Below, one piece after another: positions 1 to 10,615 of a stretch of DNA of 64,000 nt. Location of the stretch: the NCBI GenBank assembly GCA_013239625.1, contig MU053758.1, positions 558,001 through 622,000 of the forward strand, read 5' to 3'. The position numbers were made by a program, and so were the translations under genes. The notes beneath the pieces were generated by a model. The model searched no databases. It was not told where the DNA came from and was given only the letters and a program-made list of their open reading frames with translations. How positions within the stretch are numbered: the first letter of the stretch is position 1; each line of letters starts with the position of its first letter. Source of the DNA: Lama guanicoe. Its lineage: Eukaryota.

Positions 1-1682
1 CGGTGGGACTTTAGCTGGTTCTTCTGGATCCTCACCTGGAGGAGACGAGCTGCGGGTGCAGACTCCAGGGCTTGGGTGCTGGTTCATTCTCTTCCCTTCA
101 GAGTCACCGCTCCTGAGAAGACTAAGCCCTCCAAAACCTGTCACTTTGGAATTCTCCCCACCCCCAGCTTGTTTGTGAGCAAAAGCTAAGTTCTGGTCTT
201 AGAAAAGAGGCCTGGGTCCCCTTCTTACCCAGCACCCAGGAGCCCCCAGGGGTTAGGGCAGCTCCCAGACAGCGACCCACGAACCTGAACCCTGTCTGCT
301 GGGACATGCCACCACTGTAAGGCACAAGTCATGAGCCCAATGTTCTTCTCCCTCTAACCTCTTCCCTCAACTAAGTGGCTCTCTAGACTTCTCTCTCACT
401 GCAAAGAGAAGCGGCAGCAAAGCCAGGGCCAGAGTGGGAACCAGAAGGGCTGCGGTCGGAACCCAGCGCCTACACAGCCCGAGTCTTAAGAGCAGCCCGG
501 TGCTGTGACTTTGCCATAAATAAAAGAGCCCCTGCCCACAATCCACATGTCCTTTTGGGCCCTAATTTATATACTACAGAAAGTCATATACCCAGACCGC
601 CATGCTTCACAACACCATTATTTATAGCGGGAGATGAGATTTTTTTTTCCTGAAGAATATATTTATTACAGGTAAAGCCAACAGCAGACTCCCTATGTCT
701 GGTAAATGGAGAACAGGTGCTTTGCTTTAACTGTGATTCATTCGCTGGACGCCCAGCTTTCTTGATGGCGAGTCCAGGGAGCTCCCTTGACTTTCCCAAG
801 CGTCCAACCGCTACTTAGAAGAATTTGCATTGGATTTCTGTTTCCCCACTTGGGTCCCATGGAAAAAGCAGCTCTTCACGCTGTTTGGTTCCGGATCTGC
901 TGGGCTGTCGCCCTCGGAGAGCTGGGGTGGAAAAGGAGGGGGCCGGCTGGGCGCCGGCATTGATCTTTAAAAAATCATTTTGAAATCGCCATAATGTGAA
1001 GAAATATGGCGCTTTGCCCTCGTATTTCACACGTAATGACACGAGATGGCTTCATTTGGAAAGAAAAGCGGGCGGGAGTGTATCTGTGTGTGTGCAGAGG
1101 TGATCCGCAGCCTTCTGCCCGGCAGAGGGGTACATGGCCAAAATGATAAAACCTCAAAATAGAATGGTCTCGCTTTTGTTAAAGTGACTGGGCTGGGGCG
1201 GCCTATCTTATAAGGGCCAGGATCGGAGTGGACTGAGAAAATTGGCCCCAGCCTTGCCCCTTAACTGGACCGGAGGAGAATCTGGGCTGTCCAGGGGCCG
1301 CATCTCCCTGAGCACCCACACCACAAGAAGCGACTGCACCCAGGGCAGAAGCCGGGGGAGCGACCGCTGGAGATGGGCCAGGAAGCCAGTCGGTGGTCCC
1401 CGGGGAGCCCCAGCACAGGGCCGCAGAGCAGATATCAATAAAAACGGGCTGTTTGGAAGCTCCAGCGAGAGTCTGCAAGAAGGAAGGCAGCTGGAGGGTG
1501 GGAGACTGACCCTGCAAGGCTCTCTGTCTACGCTGGTGCCCAAGAGCTATATTTGGAAATCCTTCTAAGGCGCAATACCGCGTGAGGAGCCGGCAAGAGA
1601 GGCGAAAATTCGGACTCACCTCCCTCCCCACTGGATGGAAGAGGAGCTAACTCTGGACCCCTTCCCACACCTCTGCTCTGTT

Positions 1683-1740
1683 GACACCTTAGGGAAGTTC
1701 CTTAATCCTTTCTGATGTTCAGCTCCCCCATCTGGGCAAT
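1683..1740 (+). mobile_element. Degenerate MIR (ancient SINE) core fragment
   Basis: ACCTTAGGGAAGTTCCTTAATCCTTTCTGATGTTCAGCTCCCCCATCTG aligns by eye to the MIR core ACCTTGGGCAAGTTACTTAACCTCTCTGTGCCTCAGTTTCCTCATCTG. Confidence 0.55.
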
Positions 1741-2782
1741 TTTAAGGGCCTGGCCCGCTCTTAAGAGGAGGGAAGGAGAAATGGCTGTGTCCCTCCTCCC
1801 TTCTTTCCTCTGAATGACCAGGGCCAGAGAGAGGCTCAAGAAACTTAAAGAAGCTAGTTGTATAAAACTCTTCAGAGGCTCAACTTTCCAGGACCTAATG
1901 AATCCCTTTAACCTCATGAGGGTTCTAATTTCAAGACAGCTACATTTTTGGACAAGATCCTTAGACACTCACGTCCTTTTATTCCCCTCTCTCCTCCCTC
2001 AGCTACTGAGGGGTCAGGAGAAGCTCCCAGGCCTGTAAACCTCCCAAACTAGTTACAGAAAGCCCCCTCCAAAGCGGACGCATTCTGTAAAACCCCAACT
2101 TCTCCCCATCCCTTTTAATTCATCTCCAGTGGCTTTCTGGTGCACTGTTGTTTAATCAACATCTTGTGTCAAGGGGACAGAGAAGAGGAAGCGAGGGCCG
2201 GCGGGGTGGAGTGGAGGTGTGTTTGTGGTGGGGACAGGACCACCTCCTCTTTAATTATGCTGTGGGCCTCTCTGGCTGCTCCCCAGGCTGGGGCTGTCCC
2301 CTTCCTTCTGCCCTGCTCTCCCTCTCTCCCTCCTGGACCCGCCTGGGGAGAGGGCTCCGCAGCCAGCGTCCCTCCCGAGGCAGCCCGCTGCTTTCCCCTC
2401 CGCCTCTCCTCCGCCCCCGCCGCCCCACGTCGAGAACTGCCCCCCTTCCTGCAAAAGAGGGGGGGACGGGAGGCCGGCAGCTCCGGCTGAGGTTACGTGG
2501 CCGCCGAAGCCCTGACGTGATAGCACATTGCATCAGCATAAAACAATCCATCCTCGATATGGAATGCGGTGCGGACGGATGACAGCGAGAGCGCAGCCCC
2601 CTCGCCCGATTGATTTATGTCGGAGCTGACGCTTTATCAGGCAGTCGGAAAAACTTTGACCAATCATTTTGCAAGGAGCGCTGAGCCGGGCTGCTCCACT
2701 GCTCTTTGTTGGCTGAGAAATGCTTGGGCGCCGCGCGCGAGCGCTTCCCTTCCCCCTGCGAGCGCCCGGATAATGTCTGAGA

Positions 2783-5700
2783 ATGTCCATTTCTGGGACG
2801 CTTAGCAGCTATTATGTCGACTCGATCATAAGTCACGAGAGTGAGGACGCGCCTCCAGCCAAGTTTCCTTCCGGCCAGTACGCGAGCCCCCGGCAGCCGG
2901 GCCACGCGGAGCACCTGGAGTTCCCCTCGTGCAGCTTCCAGCCCAAAGCGCCGGTGTTCGGCGCCTCCTGGGCGCCGCTGAGCCCGCACGCGTCCGGAAG
3001 CCTGCCGTCCGTCTACCACCCCTACATCCAGCCCCAGGGCGTCCCGCCGGCCGAGAGCAGGTACCTCCGCACCTGGCTGGAGCCGGCGCCGCGCGGCGAA
3101 GCTGCTCCGGGGCAGGGCCAGGCGGCGGTGAAGGCGGAGCCGCTGCTGGGCGCGCCTGGGGAGCTGCTCAAGCAGGGCACGCCCGAGTACAGTTTGGAAA
3201 CTTCGGCCGGCAGGGAGGCCGTCCTGTCTAATCAAAGACCCAGCTACGGGGACAATAAAATTTGCGAAGGAAGCGAGGACAAAGAGAGGCCGGATCAAAG
3301 TAAGTTATAAAAAGTGAGGAAATACCCAGGCCGAAGGCCAGGCGAGGGGGAGGGGAGGGGAGAGGCAATAAACTGCGGACAATGTGAAGGGAAACCGCGG
3401 CGGTGGCCCGGAGAGCGAGCCGGGGCGGAGGGAAGAGGGAGGGAGGAAGAGAGGCAGCTGGGTGCCCCAGAAGGGGAGACTGAGGTCGCTGGAGAAGCGG
3501 CGCCCCCACTCCTCCAAGTGCAGGAGGGACCCGGAGCGCCGGGACCTGCTCGCCGCTCTCTCGGCCTTCCTTCCCTCACGCCCCGGAGGCCTGGGCTGAA
3601 AGCCCTGGAAGAGGCTGACGACCGCCGGCCGCGAGAGGAGCTGGTGGGGCCCGGGAGGCAGCCAGCGAGGCCGAGAGCCCGCGCGGGCCAGGGCGGGAGC
3701 GCACGGGGCTGCCGGGCACCGCGCGGCTGGCAGAGCTCCCTGCGCCACGCGCACACCGTAAAAGCCGGCCAAGGGGAAGTGGGAGGGGGCTCATTAGGAT
3801 TTTATTTGCGATGCAACAGCTTGGCGGAGGATTGTTCCTAGCAGATCTCCCTCAGTAGCAGCTCAGTGTCCGCAGCCGGCGCCGGGAGGGGCGGAGGAAG
3901 CCCGGGACCCGGTGACTGAGCCCCCTCCCCGAATGCGCCGGCCCCTCCCCGGGAGCCTTCCCTCTGGTCGCCCCCTCCCCTCCTTGGCATCCTTGCCCGG
4001 GTTGCTGCTTCCTTTTCTGCGGCCCCTGCTGCCCTCCGCGGGGCTCCCTACCCCCAGCCGGAGCTGTCCGCCTCGCGGGGAGTCGCGGAATCGCTTCCGA
4101 ACTTAGGGGCCCGACCGCCGTCGTGGAGGAGAGATCCCGAAAGGACCCTGGGGAGGGGAAGGGTGGGGAGGAGAGAGGCTTGCGGAGAGGCGGAGAACTT
4201 TATCCTCTGAAGGTAGTTTCCCACCATCCCCTACTCCTCCAAAAGCACCCTCGCCAGCACCCCAAGTCTGTCTAATTTCCAGGAGGCTCTGCTAGATAAG
4301 GGGGTGGGGGGATTCTAGTATTTTTCGTTTTTAAGGTGGAGAAGGGTTAATTGGTCCGGGGGGGGGGCCTCAGCCCCCAAATGATAACCTTCAGGTCAGT
4401 AGGGACAAGTACTCACCCCTTACTCTTTTTGGAGAGTGAGGGTCAGATTTTTTAGTCTCTGCTTGCCCTGCTGGATTTCCCACCAGCAGAGAGGCCCAAA
4501 AGCCCTTTGGGGGCACCTCTGCCTGCTGGAGGGTAGAGAGCTGCCCCCCTCCCCTGAGGTCTCTGTGAGGTCCCACTACCTCCATCCCTCCAGGTTGAAT
4601 CACAGGAGCTGGTGTTTGGGTAACACAGGGCTCTTCCCAAACCCTCCCTGTTCACACCCAAACAAACCCCCCACCTCAAACCCCCAAACTCTGCTTGGAA
4701 AGTCCATTATTGCAAGGCAGCAGTTTGGCTAGGATCAATTATTAACAGTTTTTTCCCTCTTTCATATTTAATGCGGCTGCGGGTCCCATCCCAGGCAATC
4801 ACATTAAGGAAATAGCGCTGCAAATTGGTAAGACACGGTACTTAGTGTAGGATGAATCAGATTTTTTTTAAAAAAATCAGTGCTTTTCATTTGGGGAGGA
4901 GGAATCTAGCAGAGTAGTGGCTGTTATTTTTAATTGGCTCTGCTTTATTTGGTAACTTTTCTGAGTTCAGGGGTAAGGAGAAGAGAAGCCTGTATATATT
5001 TTTGTTTCCTCTTTGCCCCCTCCTCCACTCAATCACCCCTTTCTCTGTTCCCCCTCACCGCATGGAGCCAGTTGGAGTTAGGTGTGCTGTGAAGGACTTT
5101 TGTTACCCTCACATCATCCATGACTCCCCACCTTGTGTCTGGAGCAATCTTGTTTCCCAATTTCCCTGAACTTGCTTTAACCAAACTGCGAGCTGAGCAG
5201 GAGTGGAAAAGGAGACTATTGCAACCATAAGTTATCTGTGAGCCCCCAGCGCTCCCTTGTCCACAGGCTGGAGTTGATAAATGGTTGCAATTGGGTTGCA
5301 TGTGAATTGGAGTGTGCTAGATGTTTGCGTCTCTAAATGTGAACCCATATTTGTGGTGTGTGTGGCGGGTGAGAGGGGGGAGGCGGCAAGATATCTACAG
5401 AGACACATGCCTGCTACCATGTGGCCAAGAGACACAAGCTTGTGATCGAGGCAGGAGGGTGCACTCAAACTGGACTGGAGGGCCAGGAGGTCTCTTGGCT
5501 GTGGCTGAACAGAAGCCACTCTCATCTCCCCTAGCCCAGTCCTTGTCTCTCCTCTCAGACCTGGAGCCAGAACCCTTCAGGTCAGCCACCCCTAGTTACT
5601 CTGGTAGTGCCATAGCAGGGCAGCTGGGGGACTTTAGCCAGGTTGGGCTCTGACCCGGGTCCTAACCAATTCGGACCCAAGTGGAGAAAAAGACTGAGAG

Positions 5701-6207
5701 AGAACCTGAGGCGGGGTGAAGCTCGTGAAGTGCTGAGAAGTCTGGTACATGTTCGGCTCCATCCTTTCCAAATAACTCTCACCTGAAGGTGTCTATAGCA
5801 GCTCCTAGCCCATCTATGGGACCTTTTCTGGGAATCTGAAGGCCCCGGTGCCCCTTTCCCCAGTGCAAGATGGGGAGTGGAGACCAGGGGTGTGCGCCCT
5901 CTTGGAAGGAGAACATGGGATCCCTTCATCCCCTCTTCCTTTCTTTGATTCTATCGCTGCTTCTCTTTCAGCCAACCCCTCCGCCAACTGGCTGCACGCT
6001 CGCTCTTCCCGGAAAAAGCGCTGTCCCTACACCAAATACCAGACGCTGGAGCTAGAGAAGGAGTTTCTGTTCAATATGTACCTCACCAGGGACCGTAGGC
6101 ACGAAGTGGCCAGACTCCTCAATCTGAGTGAGAGACAAGTCAAAATCTGGTTTCAGAACCGGCGGATGAAAATGAAGAAAATGAATAAGGAACAGGGCAA
6201 AGAGTAA
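2783..6207 (+). CDS. HOXB9: Homeobox protein Hox-B9; CDS join(2783..3299,5972..6207), 250 aa
   Basis: N-terminus [22 protein letters not shown]; donor CAAA|GTAAGT (GT 3300-3301); acceptor TTTCAG|CC (AG 5970-5971); the join keeps frame (517+236=753 nt); ANWLHAR motif and AbdB-class homeodomain [57 protein letters not shown]. Confidence 0.98.
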
Positions 6208-6592
6208 AGATCCCCCGCCAAGCCCTCCCCAGCCCTTCCCCATCTCACGCTTATTTATAAGTGATGGCTGCAAAGCCAGTGCCGTCTGGGGTGTATTCAA
6301 GTGAATGGGGAAGGGAGTCTTTCTCTTCAAAGTCCTTTTCTGCATCTAGAGCCTCACTCCTTTCCTTTGCTCTTACCCATCCTTCTCTTCTCCCTGGGCC
6401 TCAGGAGGAAGTTTGATTGATTTAGAAGGTAGATGTAGTTGGTTCCTAAGAAAGTGATGGGCCACAAGGAAAGAGAGCCCCTAGTAGAGTCCCCAGAATC
6501 CCTCCTGTTTTTTCTGGAAAGCCCCAGCCCCTCACTTCCAGCCTGCCCGGTCTCCCCCACCCCCCCCCCCCGCCCCTTTCCCAGGGACACCC

Positions 6593-6889
6593 AGGGCCGC
6601 TCCAACTGCACACAGCCCAGCAGATACCCGCATGCCTCANNNNNNNNNNNNNNNNNNNNNNNNNNNNNNNNNNNNNNNNNNNNNNNNNNNNNNNNNNNNN
6701 NNNNNNNNNNNNNNNNNNNNNNNNNNNNNNNNNNNNNNNNNNNNNNNNNNNNNNNNNNNNNNNNNNNNNNNNNNNNNNNNNNNNNNNNNNNNNNNNNNNN
6801 NNNNNNNNNNNNNNNNNNNNNNNNNNNNNNNNNNNNNNNNNNNAGGGACACTCCAACTGCACACAGCCCAGCAGATGCCCGCATGCCTA
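6593..6889 (+). repeat. 46-bp tandem repeat spanning an assembly gap in the HOXB9 3'UTR
   Basis: Near-identical units at 6593-6638 and 6844-6889 flank the N-run 6640-6843. Confidence 0.65.
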
Positions 6890-9800
6890 AAGCCCGGAGC
6901 CCCCCCACCCCGTACTAGTGGGAAAAGCTCACAGTCAACACTCAAATGAAGTGACACATCAAATACAAACCATCACACCCCCAAATCTGGCAGAGCAGCC
7001 CACACACCGTCAGACAAGTCCAGGCTCTATCTCTGATGCAATACACACCGGAAAGGGGTCTGGGGACACACTCCTGAATGAGGCGCTGCAGCTCAAAAAG
7101 GCTCAGCATGTCTCACCACCATCCCCATGGAATCCTTAACTGTACTCAGCCACAGACTCAAGGGCAAATGGGGTAAACTCAGCTCCCAAACTGGTGGGCC
7201 AGAAAGGGCGAGGAAAGGCAGCGGTGGTCTTAAAAGAGTCTTCTAGGTTTTACGGTGGTATTCCACATACACACATTTGCTGCAGGAAATGTTTAATTCT
7301 GCATGTTGTTTTCCTCTCCTTCCAACAAAAGGAGGTCAAATCGTGGGTCGTGAGCCTTGACAATGTCGTCCTCCCGTTCATCTGTGCCCCGCTTGACAGA
7401 GACTGTAGCTTCTCTTGCTCCACACCGGCCCTGCATTCTTCCGCATCCTCCCCAGCTCTGAAATCAACTCTTCGGCCAATCCACCTTGCACCAGCGAGTC
7501 AAGCCGCCCCTGTAGCAACCCCCCTCCGCCCTCCATCCCCTGCTAGCTCTACCCCTCCATAGGCAGGAAAGCCTGGTCAGGAGAACCCAATGGAGAATTT
7601 ATTGTGAATTGATTCCCGGCTCCTTTCCGAAGGCAAGTTATGGAGAACAGGGAGGAGCGAAGGCTCCCTGGCACGCAGAGCTTGACAACGTTCCTCCCGT
7701 CCTGCTCAGTCCGACCCATGCGGAGGAGCCCCCGGGCCTGGCAGCTGCTACCCCAGCACAGAAGCGCAGAAACCAGCCCCAGGGCCGGGCTTTACCTTCG
7801 GAGTCTCGGGCCTGGATGGCGATCTGTGCGGCTGCTGCGCGCACGCTTCTGGGGAACGGTCCCGCGTGCTAAGGAAAGAGGCAAAATCGCACCTAAGCAT
7901 TAGGCCGGAGTTTATGCTCAGCTTCTCCCCTACCCCTACCCCACTTCTCCATTCCCCTCCAATCCCGTGGACTCTTGCTCCTGCTTCTCCCGACCCTGCA
8001 AGGGGACATTCCAGTAGAACTTTTTTTTTTTTGCTTTGTTGGTGGCATTTGTGAAATTGTGCTGTGTTTTGTGATTTCTTTGGGGGTGATTGTCTCGCCT
8101 GTTTTCAGTTGTCGCTTATATGGGAGGGTTGTGGGTGGGAGTGGGGTGGGTGAGGGGCTTAGAGCTCTGATTGCTGTTTTGGAAGAAAAAAAACATAAAA
8201 AGATCAAAAAATATATATCACTCTAGAAACAAATCTCTGCTTGTGTCTTATTCCATCTTGGCTTTCCTCACTTGGCCAGAGGTAGAGATCTTGGTTCGAA
8301 GAGGGTGGCTTGGACAAAAGAGAGACTTTTGTGCCCAAGAGATTTCTCCTTAGACCTTGCAGGCAGTCTTCCTGGTGGAGCTGAGGGCTGGTCCAGACCC
8401 AAGCTCCCAAGATCACTGCTTAAATTGATCAAGAGCCTTCCAACAGGAGAGCTGGGAGGCTGGAGGGTCAGAAAACGAAAGATGAGTGGTTTGGAGAAGG
8501 ATCTGGATCTGGGTTTGCAGGGAGCAATGAGACTTTCCTCCTAAGTTGCACTGGAGGCTTGCTACCAACTCCAGAGCCAGAGGGAAGGCAAGGCCTGCCC
8601 TGCCACTCCTGGAAGCAGGTCCTCTCTTACCTGGCTGAGAAAGTCACCTTGGTTTGGCCACTTTAAAATATCATGCAAGTGAGGAAGCTGGTAACTTCCT
8701 TCTGCTGTTCCCTGCAGCACAGGGACTGGGTGTAGACAGAGGCCTCCAGGAGGCCAGGCTCTCCTTTCTTTTGCTCAAAAAGAATGAACCCTTTCGGGTT
8801 TTCAGTCCCCACCTGGAGTTTGAGGCTCCAGTTTGAGCCACAGTGTAGCAGCCTTGGTATAAGGTGGGTAGAGTTTGGTCGGGGTGGAGGCCTGGGGAGG
8901 CAGATTCTACAGGCTGGAAGTGAGGGTTGAATATGGAACAGAAATGCTTCAGGAGAAAAAAAAATCCCCTTCCCCGTCGGACCCCAGAACTAAATTCGGT
9001 TTCAAGGTGCACCTTTCTGTCCCTCTCAGACTATGGTGTCCCCATCAGAGCCTCATATGGAGAGCGCTGTTCTCGGCAGCCCGGTCATTCTCATCTAGGC
9101 GCTGGGATTCCGCTTCTAACGGGCTGGCGCTTGGGAGCTGGCCTCCTGCCTGAGCCTCCCATCGGGCCCACCCAGCGGCGCTGCAGTCCGCGGAGACCCT
9201 GAGGTTGGGGTAGAAGTAGGGACAAAGCATGACCCGCGGGAAAGGAGCTTGGAAGTAAAAAGGATGGGCCTACCCCTCTCCAGCGAACAGAAGGATGAAC
9301 CACTCCGAGAGCTAGCAGGAGGCTGGAGAATCGAAGCTCCTGGGTATGGCAGGGCCCAGACCCGCAGCCTCCAAGGAGGGTTCCATTCCGTATATAAAGT
9401 GAATCTGCCTCTAGAGCTTGTGTAGACTAGGCTCCCTCCCCGTCCTGGGCTCCCAGGAGTCAGCCCGCGCTGAGAGTGAGCGGAGAAGGCCGGATTCCGC
9501 CAAGAGGAAGCGCAAAAAGTGAGGCAGGAACTGTACGGAGTGCTGCGGGGCAGGGGCAAGGGCGCCCGGGGAAGCCTCCGGCGGCGTCTGAGTCCAGAGC
9601 CCGGGGTGGCTTCTTTAAAGACAAACAAAGGCGAAGATGCGGAGGCTCGGAAGCCGGAGATGGGGAAATCTGCTGTCATAAAAGAGAGAGAGATTCAGAG
9701 AGGGGGACCGGGAGAGTGCGAGACAGGGAGAAGCCGGGAGAGGAATTCAATGCCGTGTGCGCAGCAATAAAAGAATATGACCGCTATAAAAGTTTATAGC

Positions 9801-10598
9801 GTATAAATTTCTGAAGGTTAAGAAACTAAACAGCAGCAAAGCAAACAGTGAGGGGAAACTTTCCGGAGCTGAGAGAGCCACAGCTGGGCCTGGGCTCCGG
9901 GCCTGGCTGGCGAATGGGTGGGTCTGGCTGGGCCGCCCCCACTCTCACCCGCCCGGAACGCGGGGCGCGGGGTTTCCGGGGACCCCAGGGGGCAGAGAGG
10001 GCTGAGGAGGAAGAGGGGAGGGAGGAACACTTTGTTGTCACAAATGCTTCACGGAACGCAACTGGGATTCCGTCTTTGTTCTTTGCACCCCCTCAAATCG
10101 GGCGTCATAAAGAGAAGCCCCCGCACGCGCCCGCGCGCGCGCACACACACGCACACGCAGGACCGGCGGGGCCAGACGTCTGGGCGCGGGCAGCCTCTTG
10201 ATCCTTTTACAGTCCTGTCCCTCTCTCTCAGGCCTCCTTTCCCCCAACAAAAAGCCCAATTGTTTCTCCTCAGAATTTGGAACAATCGTGTTGGATTTGA
10301 AAGGTGCTCAGCTCCCCCTTTTACGGGCCATAAACGGCGCACTGCTCGGCGGTCTCCGCCAGAAATTAGGGGCTGGGGGCGGGGGAGCTTACTGCTTCTT
10401 TTTCCCTCCCCACCCCCTCGCCTTAAAAAAAACGTTTTAGCTTATCTGCACAAATTCAATACCGTTTCCTGATTTCTGATGCCTTTTTTCTCGCCTGCTC
10501 TCATTTCCCTCCCCTTCTGCTAATAATGAAAGTTTCTCCGCTGGTCGCCGCGGCGGCTGGCTCTCCGAGAGGCTGGCGGAGCTAGTTTTTCTCAGGAC

Positions 10599-10615
10599 GG
10601 CCGCTAGATGGCACC
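10599..10615 (+). promoter_or_regulatory. CTCF core motif between HOXB9 and HOXB8
   Basis: GGCCGCTAGATGGCACC matches CCRSYAGRKGGCRS at all positions. Confidence 0.7.

Noticed and set aside
1..2782. mir-196a-1 hairpin upstream of HOXB9
   Set aside because: Mature sequence TAGGTAGTTTCATGTTGTTGG not seen; probably 5' of this window
2615..3298. Long antisense and alternative-frame ORFs over Hox exons and CpG islands (also 14756-15421, 31206-31778, 36402-37157, 51654-52343)
   Set aside because: Expected from GC-rich, stop-poor sequence; low-complexity Pro/Gly/Arg/Ala translations with no recognisable domain
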